Of a stretch of 64,000 nt of DNA, positions 8,402 through 19,000 are shown one piece after another. Position numbers and translations under genes: made by a program. Within the stretch, counting starts at the first letter, position 1, and each line of letters starts with the position of its first letter. Location of the stretch: the IMG/VR virus record IMGVR_UViG_3300047558_000137, positions 1 to 64,000 of that record. One strand, 5' to 3'. Under the pieces are notes generated by a model. It was not told where the DNA came from and ran no database searches. It was given only the letters and a program-made list of their open reading frames with translations.

Positions 8402-10492
8402 ATGGCAACTATAAAGACGCCATCATCGACGGTATATATACCAAACCCTTTAAATGAATTTGCTTCATACACATATTCATGGAGTCTTTGGTATTTGGAT
8501 GTTGTAGACTACAATGGATTAATGAGTCAAACTGATGCTAATTCAGCAATGAATTATAACCTATCCAACAAAAGTTTTGTATTGGCACAGGATGGCGGTA
8601 TATTTCCATCTAGGCGAGTCCCTGGTAATCCGCTTAACTATAATATACAATCTGTAAAATTTAAAACAGCAATTGCTCCTGGAAAAATTAACAGAAGCAG
8701 TAATATGCTAGATGGGTCTATGGTTGTTGTAGAACCCTACGGTGTTACTTTTATTGAAAACTTAATAGAAGCTGGATTTAACAGCGGCGGTAACTATACA
8801 CTGCGCCCATATCTTTTACAATTAGAATTTAAAGGATACGACGACACTGGGGAGCCTATGCCTAGTTCGTTAACTACACATCTACGTAGACGCTTTCCGG
8901 TAATACTAAAGAATATAAAAGTAGGAATGACCAACAAAGGTGCTGAATACAACATAGATTTTACAGCAACAGGCTCGAAGGCATTTTATCCTAGTAATTC
9001 TTCGACCCCTAAAACTTTTACTGTCATAGCAGGAACAGTTGGAGAATTTTTTACACTGTTATCCGGTAGATATTATGAACATTTTGTGCAACAGGTATTA
9101 CAAGGAAATGCACAGTGGGTGGAAACAGTAAAATTTGAAATAGACCCAGAAATAGCAAAAAGTCCTATTGTTAATAAAAATCAAATACCATTGACCCATG
9201 CAAATAGTAGTGCTAAGGATATAGACTTTACTAAATCAACATTTACTATTCCTGCCAATACTCCTGTATTAGATATTATTACTAGAGTAATGTCGCACAG
9301 TGACTTTTTATTAAAAGAACAACTAAAGATAGATAACCTCGAAGGCAATGTAAAAAAATCCGAGTATGATGTATTCACAGCATTTAAAACTACATCTCGA
9401 GTTAAACTAGTTGGATCGGACTTTGAAGGAAATCCAATTGGCGAAGGTGTAATTGATAATGTTACTGGAAAATACCCATTGTCGATTACCTATGGAATTA
9501 GACCATATCCGACCTGGATGAGTAGCCATGCTGCGATGCCTAAGTTTTCTAATAGTAAGCCCTATACTATCAAAGAATACAACTACTATTACACCGGTAA
9601 AAACACAGATATCATTGAGTTAAAATTAGACTTTGATACAACATACTATTCAACAATGTTAGGATATACCAATGCAATTGCTGCACAAGAAACCACCCCG
9701 GTTACCGAGGATGCAGAAAATAGCATGGATATTACAAAACCTAAGGTTGTAACACCTAACCCTGCTGTTCAATTGGCGTCTATTCCTAACATTACACCTA
9801 TACAATATCGTCGTGTGGTTAATAATCCTAACGTTACTGTGGGCATGAACTTGTCTAGTAGACCTGCTGCACAAGTTGCTGCTGATGTATTAAATTCGAT
9901 ATATACATCAGATCCTGCAGCAGCTATTACACTGGACCTAACTATAACTGGCGATCCTATGTTGATTAAACAGGACGATTGGTTGTACTTTCCAAGTCCA
10001 ACTAATTCATCAGACTACAATAACTATGACAGCGTTAGCCAGGCAGACTTTGCTAAGAAGTATGGGCATCTCAGAATGGACACTGGAGAGCTAGTTGCGC
10101 TAGTTGTAATAAACACTCCAATGGATATTGACATAGATACTGTAAACCAAGGATTAGTAGACCCACTGCCTGGTTATAGTCGATCTATGTTTAGCGGAAG
10201 ATATCGTATATTAATGATTGACAGTACATTTGCAAATGGTAAGTTTGAACAAAAGTTAACTATGGCTAGATATCTAAGTGATGACTTAGCAGCAGTATTC
10301 AACCCCACAGGAAGTCAACGCCAGGATACTGATGCAGTAACAACTAGTAGGAACAATCAAACAAGCATTATTAGTGAAAATCAACAAGATTTTAACAGAC
10401 AAGTGTTAAAAGTACAGTCTGACGCCGCAGGCAACCCTGAAGGCGATTGGGGAACTCAAACAGGCGATCAGGGAAATCAAAAAAGAAATTAA
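8402..10492 (+). CDS. Baseplate hub protein (gp27-like)
   Basis: 696 aa between the gp53-like and gp5-like genes; LTITGDP and SGRYRILMIDSTFANGKFEQKL hub-type C-terminus. Confidence 0.6.
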   Translation: MATIKTPSSTVYIPNPLNEFASYTYSWSLWYLDVVDYNGLMSQTDANSAMNYNLSNKSFVLAQDGGIFPSRRVPGNPLNYNIQSVKFKTAIAPGKINRSSNMLDGSMVVVEPYGVTFIENLIEAGFNSGGNYTLRPYLLQLEFKGYDDTGEPMPSSLTTHLRRRFPVILKNIKVGMTNKGAEYNIDFTATGSKAFYPSNSSTPKTFTVIAGTVGEFFTLLSGRYYEHFVQQVLQGNAQWVETVKFEIDPEIAKSPIVNKNQIPLTHANSSAKDIDFTKSTFTIPANTPVLDIITRVMSHSDFLLKEQLKIDNLEGNVKKSEYDVFTAFKTTSRVKLVGSDFEGNPIGEGVIDNVTGKYPLSITYGIRPYPTWMSSHAAMPKFSNSKPYTIKEYNYYYTGKNTDIIELKLDFDTTYYSTMLGYTNAIAAQETTPVTEDAENSMDITKPKVVTPNPAVQLASIPNITPIQYRRVVNNPNVTVGMNLSSRPAAQVAADVLNSIYTSDPAAAITLDLTITGDPMLIKQDDWLYFPSPTNSSDYNNYDSVSQADFAKKYGHLRMDTGELVALVVINTPMDIDIDTVNQGLVDPLPGYSRSMFSGRYRILMIDSTFANGKFEQKLTMARYLSDDLAAVFNPTGSQRQDTDAVTTSRNNQTSIISENQQDFNRQVLKVQSDAAGNPEGDWGTQTGDQGNQKRN

Positions 10493-10502
10493 GGATCAAT
10501 AA

Positions 10503-11888
10503 ATGGGAAGTTCAGATAGTATAAGACGCTCTGGTGCAAATCCGGATGCAAGAGCAGACTCAAAAATTTCGGGTTATATCTCTGATGCTGGTCCCTACGA
10601 AGCTGTGGTTGTGGGAGTTGTTGAAGGCAGTCGCATGGGACAGTTATTAGTAGATATCATTGATTGGCAAGGCGCAATTACTGAACTAGGTTCCGGTGAT
10701 GTACATGCTATCCCTGTGTCCTATGCAAGTCCTTTTTACGGAACAACGTATGGTGCAGATTCACAACAATTGCCTGATGCACCTATTGCGTCAGCACAAA
10801 GTTATGGTATGTGGTTCGTTCCTCCGGACATTGGTAACAAAGTATTAGTTACATTTGTTGCTGGCGATATGAGCAGGGGATATTGGTTTGCCTGTATATA
10901 CGATACACCCAGTCACCATATGGTTCCAGCCATTGGTCGTAACGTTGGTGGTAAGGATAAAGTTCGGAATCCAGGTGACCAATTAAGTCGATATTTAACG
11001 AGTGATAGTATAGTTCCTGTTGCGGAGGCTAGAACGTCAGACCCAGAGCTATGGGGCAACGATGGTCTGGAAAAAGTTTCAAGATACCCCCACGAGGTAC
11101 AAACTTCAAAATTTGTTATGCAAGGACTTGATCGTGATCCTCTACGTGGTGCAATTAGTTCTAGTAGTCTTAGAGAAAGTCCCAGCAATGTTTACGGAAT
11201 CAGTACACCGGGTCGTAAGTTAGGAAATTCAATTGGTCAAATTGCCCAGGTACGAGCCGGGGGACATCAATTTGTAATGGATGACGGTGATAAAGATGGC
11301 AAAGATCAATTAATGCGCTTACGTACAAGTGGTGGGCATCAAATTTTGATGAACGATTCGGAAAACATAATGTACATAGCCAGTTCTACAGGTCAACAAT
11401 GGTTAGAATTTAGTGCAGACGGCAGTATTAACATCTTTGGCGCTGCGGGCATTAATATGAGATCAATGGGGCCAATTAACATGCATAGTGATAGTGCTAT
11501 TAACATGGATGCTATGGCAATTAAAATTAACGGATCGTTGTCTGTTGGTATTACTAGTTTAGGCACATTCAGTGCTAGTGCCATTGGCAGCGCAACAGTA
11601 AAAGCTAATGGCTCTTTATCACTAAGTGGAATGGGCATGGCCAGTTTAAGCGCCGGCGGAAGTTTAACAATGTCAGCAATGGGCGTATGTAGTGTGGCAG
11701 GATCAGCGTTGAAACTAAATTCACCTCCTGGTGGTAAGCCGCCTATGCCGGCGCTACCTTCATTGGGCAAGCCACACAAAGAGTCAAACTTCAATGGAAG
11801 TTATTGGCAAAAGGATGCAAAAATAACAACTTCGATTTGTACAGTAGTTCCAGCACATGAACCATGGGAAAGACCTGAGAAGAAATGA
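10503..11888 (+). CDS. Baseplate central spike (gp5/VgrG-like)
   Basis: OB-fold GMWFVPPDIGNKVLVTF, RTSGGHQILMND, beta-helix repeats, C-terminal CTVVPAHEPW. Confidence 0.75.
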   Translation: MGSSDSIRRSGANPDARADSKISGYISDAGPYEAVVVGVVEGSRMGQLLVDIIDWQGAITELGSGDVHAIPVSYASPFYGTTYGADSQQLPDAPIASAQSYGMWFVPPDIGNKVLVTFVAGDMSRGYWFACIYDTPSHHMVPAIGRNVGGKDKVRNPGDQLSRYLTSDSIVPVAEARTSDPELWGNDGLEKVSRYPHEVQTSKFVMQGLDRDPLRGAISSSSLRESPSNVYGISTPGRKLGNSIGQIAQVRAGGHQFVMDDGDKDGKDQLMRLRTSGGHQILMNDSENIMYIASSTGQQWLEFSADGSINIFGAAGINMRSMGPINMHSDSAINMDAMAIKINGSLSVGITSLGTFSASAIGSATVKANGSLSLSGMGMASLSAGGSLTMSAMGVCSVAGSALKLNSPPGGKPPMPALPSLGKPHKESNFNGSYWQKDAKITTSICTVVPAHEPWERPEKK

Positions 11889-12511
11889 TAGAACAAGGTT
11901 TATTTCACGCAGCAAAATTAGGAGTAAAAACTCCTTTACCTGCCAGCTGGCTAGGTCGTGCCGATGCGCCCAATCTGTTGCCACAATGGGCAACTATTAA
12001 TAATTTAACATCGGCCCAAGTACAAAATCTACAAGCACAGATAGGATACGATTATAGCACGTGGGATTATCGTAAGGTCGGCAACAATAATGAACTAGGT
12101 AGATATCAATTTACCACAACTCAACTTGAGGACTATGGACTACTTACATTTGGATCAAATAAAGCCTATGGTATTGATTGTATTAATCGCCGTGCTTGTT
12201 GGAAATCATCTATTATCCGCAGCAGTAATTCCTATGCAAATTACATATATAACGTAACAAATCTAGACGAATTTTTAAATAGCAAAGCATCGCAAGATCA
12301 CCTATGCTATCAAAGAATATATGATCTTTATAATGAATTAACAGTTAGCGGTGGGATACAACCCAGTGACACTGCTGAAACTATAGCCGGGATGATTTCT
12401 GTAGCATGGTTATTAGGCAACGGTGCATATAATTGGAGATACTATAATATAGGCGATGGGGCAAATGCTTTTAACAGTGGCCGCTATGCAGTCGCAGTAT
12501 TAAGTCAATAA
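11885..12511 (+). CDS. Possible tail-associated lysozyme-like protein
   Basis: LGRYQF motif typical of lysozyme-fold enzymes; follows a spike gene lacking a lysozyme domain. Confidence 0.45.
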   Translation: MIEQGLFHAAKLGVKTPLPASWLGRADAPNLLPQWATINNLTSAQVQNLQAQIGYDYSTWDYRKVGNNNELGRYQFTTTQLEDYGLLTFGSNKAYGIDCINRRACWKSSIIRSSNSYANYIYNVTNLDEFLNSKASQDHLCYQRIYDLYNELTVSGGIQPSDTAETIAGMISVAWLLGNGAYNWRYYNIGDGANAFNSGRYAVAVLSQ

Positions 12512-12519
12512 ATATTACT

Positions 12520-12894
12520 ATGATTACATACTCTGGGTTCAGCACAAAAGTCAATCTTAAACGATATAAGCTCAATGATTTTGAGCTAGTTAAACAAGAC
12601 TTGAAAAATTATTTAAGTATCAGACGTGGCGAAAAGTTAATGCAACCAAAGTTTGGGACCATAATATGGGAAATGCTGTTTGAACCATTGAATCAGGATA
12701 CAGAACAGCTAATCATACAAGATATTAACAAAATCGCTGCGTACGATCCTAGATTAACGATCACACAAGTTGCAATTGCACAGCAGGATACTGGACTTCT
12801 GATAGATTTAACATTAATTTATAATCCCACTAATCAACAAGAAGTCCTAAGTTTAAATTTCAACAGAAATACTCAAAGATTAACAACCAATTAA
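12520..12894 (+). CDS. gp25: Baseplate wedge subunit (gp25-like)
   Basis: RRGEKLMQPKFGTIIWEMLFEP...YDPRL. Confidence 0.9.
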   Translation: MITYSGFSTKVNLKRYKLNDFELVKQDLKNYLSIRRGEKLMQPKFGTIIWEMLFEPLNQDTEQLIIQDINKIAAYDPRLTITQVAIAQQDTGLLIDLTLIYNPTNQQEVLSLNFNRNTQRLTTN

Positions 12895-12939
12895 CTAGCC
12901 ATATTATACGTCTAATAAATACTAGATAAGGTATAGAAT

Positions 12940-15900
12940 ATGGCACAAACCACACGTCAAACAAATCTTTTAGTACAGCAAGACTGGACTAAAATCTACC
13001 AGACATTTACAAACGCGGACTTTACCAGCTACGATTTCGAAACGCTGCGTAATTCCATGATCAATTACTTAAAGACTTACTACCCAGAAACATTCAATGA
13101 TTTCATTGAAAGTAGCGAGTATCTTGCGCTAATTGATATGATTGCGTTCCTGGGACAAAGTTTGGCGTTCCGCACAGATTTAAACGCACGTGAGAACTTT
13201 ATTGATACTGCACAACGCCGTGACAGTATTTTAAAGCTAGCACGTATGTTAAGCTACAATCCTGGGCGTACAACAGCGGCATCTGGATTGTTAAAAATTA
13301 ACAGTATCAGAACCACTGAGTCAGTGTACGATAGCAATGGGGTAAACCTAGCCAACACTACAGTTAACTGGAATGATCTAACTAACGATAACTGGTTAGA
13401 ACAATTTACCTCAGTGTTTAACGCCAGTTTAATTTCAACTGAAATGATTGGTAAGCCTGGTAATAGCCAAAAACTAAATGGCATCCAAACAGAAGAATAC
13501 AGTATTGCGCTAAACCCAAATACTTTACCGGTTGCAAGTTTTAACGTAAACATACAAGGCAATCCTGTTGCATTTGAAGCGGTAAGTGCAACCACAGTGG
13601 GCAAAACATACATATATCAAGAAGATCCAACTATTCAAGGAAAATTTAATGTTCTGTACCGCAACGACAATAATGGCAACGGTAGTAATAACACTGGATT
13701 CTTTTTGTATTTTAAGCAAGGTACATTAAATGTTACACAGTTTAACATCACTAATGCTATCCCTAACAATTACGTAACCGTTGCTACAAATAATATTACC
13801 AATGAAGATCAATGGTTGTATGCATTAGATGTTAACGGAAACCCATCTGTGGCGTGGAATAAAGTACCTGCATTGCCGGGATACAACGTTGTGTTTAATA
13901 ACATGTCAGACAAAGACTTGTACCAAGTTAACACACGAAACAATGACCAAGTTGATTTGATTTTTGGCGATGGTAGTTTTGCCAACGTTCCTCAGGGCAA
14001 ATTCAAATTCTATTACAGAACAAGCAATGGTACAACCTACAGTATCACTCCTGATGACCTAAGTGCTGTAAGTATTGCCTTTAATTATATCAGTAAGAAG
14101 AATACTCCTGAGACGCTGACCGTAACAGCCAGCTTAAATTATACAGTTAATAATGCAAATGCTGCTCCGAGTTTAAGTAGTATCAAGAGTGCTGCCCCTC
14201 AACAATACTATACACAGAACCGCATGATAACCGGGGAAGATTACAATATCTTCCCACAGACAACTTTTAGTAGCATACAAAAGATTAAGGCAATTAATCG
14301 TACAAGCTCTGGAGTTAGTTTATATCTTGATGCCATTGATCCAACAGGTAGCTACAGTACAACTAACATATTTGGCGATGATGGTGTTATCTCGGCTAAC
14401 AGCGACACTAAATCTACTACATTTAGTTTCTTAACTACCAATGATGTTTACTCTGCAATTTATAACAAGGTTATTCCTATTATAGATTCAACAGAAGTTA
14501 AAAATTATTACTATTCAACATATCAACGTTACGATAGCACTCACGCCAATGTTACATTTAGTCAGACAGGAAATACTACAGTATCAAGTTCGGGGTATTT
14601 ACAATATAACAATACAACTCAACAAGTTGGCACAGGAATTGCAGGTAATTTAAGATATGTTAACACTGGCGCAACATTACGATTTTTTGCCCCGAGTGGA
14701 TATCACTTTAATTCACAGCATGAAATTATGCCTGGCGATCCTTTTGACTCTGGCGACACACTAAGTTTTTATGCTGCCGTGTCGGATGTAGTTAGTAACA
14801 GCGATGTCACAACTCCTAGTCTAGTTACATTTGCTACGGTTGTGCCTGATGGTGCAATACTTGGGGATATTACAGAAGCTGGGTTGAATTGTATCATTCC
14901 TGCCTACAAAAACGATCTGAGTACTGCGTTAATTAATACATTAATTACCCAAATTAAGGCTAAGGTTAATTTTGGACTAAAATTTGATCAAGTTAACCAG
15001 ATATGGAAAAACATTTTACCAGCCGACATTGGTAGCAGTACAGACTGGTTATTAAAGTTTACATATACACAAGGTTACTACACTATTAGCTATAAGTCAT
15101 TATCGTACTCTTTCACCACTAATGGAAGTACTAAATTTTATTTTGATCCTGCTACACGAGTTTACAATTCAACCACCGGATTAAATGTAATAGACACTAT
15201 TAAACTATTAAAAATTAATACCAAGCCTAGCTCTGCTGAAAGCCTAGGAGAGGACGTATTGTGGCAAATTTACAATACTATTACCTATCCCGATGGATAT
15301 GTAGATGATTCTACAATATTAGTTAGATCCACTGAATCGCAATTATTAGGTGTTCCTGATAATCCTGATTTGTATACTACGGTTGCTGATTCTGCATCAA
15401 GTCGCGGCGATTTGTATTTCCAATACAAACATAATGTGCCTGCACGTAATCGTGTTGATCCTACACCAGTTAATATTGTTGATTTATATATCTTAACATC
15501 ATCGTACTCAGCTGATTACATTAACTGGTTAAGAGATTTAACAGGAACAGTCACAGAGCCAGAACCAACTACTACAGGCGAACTAGAAATTGAATATGGC
15601 TCACTTGATAGTTATAAAGCTGTGAGCGACACTATTGTTTATAGTCCCGCAAGATTTAAACCATTGTTTGGAGATAAGGCCCCATCTAATTTACAGGCCG
15701 TGTTCCAGGTTGTTAAGAATCCTAATGTTGGTTTAACTGACAACGAAATTAAAACACAAGTTGTAGCAGAAATTAACAAATATTTTGATCCACAAAATTG
15801 GGATTTTGGTGAAACATTTTATTTTAGTGAGCTAGCAGCATATCTACATGCACAACTAGCACCAAACATATCTAGTGTGGTTATTGTTCCTGCGGATCAC

Positions 15901-16047
15901 ACTTTAGTGTTTGGTAATTACTTCCAAATTAACGCAGAGCCGTGGGAAATCATTACTAGTGCGGCAACTGTAAATAACATAAACGTGGTATCTGCGGTAA
16001 CGGCAGCATACTTGAATTTAGGAAATACCCTAGTAGGAACACCATGA
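12940..16047 (+). CDS. gp6: Baseplate wedge subunit (gp6-like)
   Basis: DFTSYDFETLR, NDFIESSE, ARENFIDTAQRRDSILKLARMLSYNP, FGDG, QNRMITGEDY. Confidence 0.88.
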   Translation: MAQTTRQTNLLVQQDWTKIYQTFTNADFTSYDFETLRNSMINYLKTYYPETFNDFIESSEYLALIDMIAFLGQSLAFRTDLNARENFIDTAQRRDSILKLARMLSYNPGRTTAASGLLKINSIRTTESVYDSNGVNLANTTVNWNDLTNDNWLEQFTSVFNASLISTEMIGKPGNSQKLNGIQTEEYSIALNPNTLPVASFNVNIQGNPVAFEAVSATTVGKTYIYQEDPTIQGKFNVLYRNDNNGNGSNNTGFFLYFKQGTLNVTQFNITNAIPNNYVTVATNNITNEDQWLYALDVNGNPSVAWNKVPALPGYNVVFNNMSDKDLYQVNTRNNDQVDLIFGDGSFANVPQGKFKFYYRTSNGTTYSITPDDLSAVSIAFNYISKKNTPETLTVTASLNYTVNNANAAPSLSSIKSAAPQQYYTQNRMITGEDYNIFPQTTFSSIQKIKAINRTSSGVSLYLDAIDPTGSYSTTNIFGDDGVISANSDTKSTTFSFLTTNDVYSAIYNKVIPIIDSTEVKNYYYSTYQRYDSTHANVTFSQTGNTTVSSSGYLQYNNTTQQVGTGIAGNLRYVNTGATLRFFAPSGYHFNSQHEIMPGDPFDSGDTLSFYAAVSDVVSNSDVTTPSLVTFATVVPDGAILGDITEAGLNCIIPAYKNDLSTALINTLITQIKAKVNFGLKFDQVNQIWKNILPADIGSSTDWLLKFTYTQGYYTISYKSLSYSFTTNGSTKFYFDPATRVYNSTTGLNVIDTIKLLKINTKPSSAESLGEDVLWQIYNTITYPDGYVDDSTILVRSTESQLLGVPDNPDLYTTVADSASSRGDLYFQYKHNVPARNRVDPTPVNIVDLYILTSSYSADYINWLRDLTGTVTEPEPTTTGELEIEYGSLDSYKAVSDTIVYSPARFKPLFGDKAPSNLQAVFQVVKNPNVGLTDNEIKTQVVAEINKYFDPQNWDFGETFYFSELAAYLHAQLAPNISSVVIVPADHTLVFGNYFQINAEPWEIITSAATVNNINVVSAVTAAYLNLGNTLVGTP

Positions 16048-19000
16048 GTTTAATTAATACAACAACATTTCTACCATCTACCTTCAGAACCCTAACAAAC
16101 CAAAGGTTCTTGGGTGCAACATTAGATCAATTGTACACTCCATCAGTTGATGTGCAGATCAATGGTTATATTGGTAGAACATTTGCTCCTACATACAAGT
16201 TAAAAGACAACTATGTACCTGAGTTGGATATTCTAAGAAAACATTATCAACTTGAACCTAGTCTAGTTACAAGAGACGAAAATGATAATGTAAGTTTTAG
16301 CACTGGCTACATCGATCTACTAAAAGAAATTGAAAATAATGGCGGCCTAGTTAATAACCATCAACGACTATTTTCTGCAGAGACTTACGAATTTGATGGG
16401 CATTTTGATTATGACAAGTTTGTAAACTATTACAATTATTATTGGTTGCCCAATGGTCCTGCGGCAGTTAATGTCTATGCAAACCGTGTTCCTAATCAAG
16501 CGACATTTACAGTTGAAAGAAACAAGGCTGTAGGCGGATATACCTTTGCTGAAGTTGGTACTCATCCTAATTTACAACTTACCCTAGCTCGCGGTGGTAC
16601 ATATACATTCAATCTAGACCAGGCAGGATACAATTTTTGGATTCAATCAAGCCCTGGGGTATCTGGTGTGGATCCAAATGTGTCAACCGTAACTACACGA
16701 GAAGTATTTGGTGTTAAGAATAATGGTTCTAGTACTGGTAGTATTACGTTCCGTGTGCCATTAAACACTGCACAGGAATTTTATACTAAGATGGATACTA
16801 ATCCTAAAATTCCTGTTACTGCGGCCGTAGACTTTCATTACTCAGATATTCAAGGAAAGCTGTTAAGCGAATTTTTAACTAATTTCCCCGATGGTATTGA
16901 TGGGCTAAATGCTGCCCTGCATAATAAGACATTGATATTTGTTTCCAATGATCAAGACGACTTCTTTTGGACAGCAGATAATACTACAGTAATAAGAGAA
17001 GACAGATGTAACGTCTGGCGTATTACATTAACGCCAGAAGGTGATGATCAGAGAATTGAATTAATTACAGATACCGTAGTAACAACTAAACAAAAAGTTT
17101 TTATTGGATCCGGTAAAACTTATGCATCTAATCAATTTTGGGTCGACAATACCTACAGATTTAAACTAGTACCGCCAATTACTGCGGCACAATCTTATTT
17201 GTATTATCAAGACAGCAGTGATCCTACATTCTACGGTCAAATTAAATTAGTTGACAATACAACCAGTACAATTGATGTAGCAAATGACATTCTAGGTAAA
17301 GTTGGCTACACAAGTCCAAACGGGGTAAAATTTACTAACGGATTAAAAATAGCATTTGATGATTCAGTTATCCCAAGTTACTACGCCAATAAAGAATTTT
17401 ATGTTGAAGGCGTTGGGACTGCAATTGGATTAGTCGCTGTTAGTGAAACAGAAGTACTTGAAGACTTTGGTGCAAACATCGATTCGGTACCAGATTACAT
17501 AACAATTAACAGATCAAGCCAAGACCGTAATCCGTGGTCACGTTATAACCGTTGGTTCCACAGAGATGTAATCAATGCGTCAGCAGCATTTCATAATACA
17601 TCTGCAGACTATGGTCCAAATATACCAGCACGTAGACCTATCATTGAGTTTGAACCAAATTTACAATTATTCAACTTTGGTAAGAAATCAAAACAGATCA
17701 TTGACTATATTACATTTGACGCCACTGACGCCTTTAATGATATTGAAGGAAATACTACAGCAGATATCGATGGAGTTACATTACAAACCGGTGATCGTGT
17801 TGTATTTGGTAATGATTATGACACAACTACTCTTAATAAGATCTACGTAGTAAACATTGAGACGATTAATAGTCTACATTATATTAACTTAGTACCGTCT
17901 GACGACAGTCCTATTTTGCCAGGTGAAAACGTTTTAGTTCGCGGTGGCGCAACAAACGCTACAAAGACTTTTAATTTTGATGGGACAGCGTGGAATCTTT
18001 GCCAGGCTAAGACTTCAGTAAACCAAGCACCATTGTTTGATCTATTAGATAATAATGGCTATAGCTTTGCAGACACTACTGTATATCCTGGTACTAATTT
18101 TGTTGGTACAAAATTCTTTGGATATACCCCAAATACATCAAGTACTACCAATGATTCAATTCTTGGATTTCCATTGAAATATCAAAACTTTACTAACGTT
18201 GGGGATATTAGTTTTAGTAATTTCTACGACACAGATACTTTTACCTACAGTGGCGGCACAGTAAAAACCAACACTGGATTTATTGCTAAAAATTCTAATT
18301 TATCAGTTACTGGGTTATACAATAACTGGGTTAAGTCAGAAGAACAATCAAAGCAGTACCAGCTGTTTACTAAATTCTTTGATGGTTACGTCATTGATGT
18401 AAACGGAACAGAAAAAGCATTTGTGCAAATTGACGTGGATGTTGGTAGCCAGACAAAAATCCCTTACACAAAAATATACTTAAACAACAAACTGTTAACA
18501 TATAAAACAGATTACGATATAATTGACTATGGTGTTTATAAAGTAGTTGTGTTTACAGACATGCCAGCAGTTGGCGATAAAATTGATGTTGCTATATTCA
18601 GCAACACTGCCAGTGAGTTAGCTTATTATGAAATCCCATTGAACTTAGATTTTAACCCGTTAAACGAATCGTTTGACACTATTGCATTGGGACAAATTCG
18701 TACACACTATAATAAGTTAATTGAAAACACTGCAATAACCAATACAAATAATATTCCTACACAGGATAATTATTTAAAAACTCGCGGCGGCACATTATTG
18801 CAACATAATGCTCCATTGGTTTATGCAATGGCGTTTTTAAACAATCCATCTATTAATTTTATGGAAGGATTGCAACTTGCAAGAAGAGAATACACTAAGT
18901 TTAAAAATAAATTTCTACATCTTTGCACTACATTGTCTAATTTAGATTATGCAGATCCGATAAGTGGAGTTGATACGATCTTAAAGAGTATTAACGCTGT

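Noticed and set aside
17575-17850. 91-aa +1 ORF in the 3753-aa gene
   Set aside because: No clear codon shift or Shine-Dalgarno; one such run in an 11 kb gene is plausible by chance.
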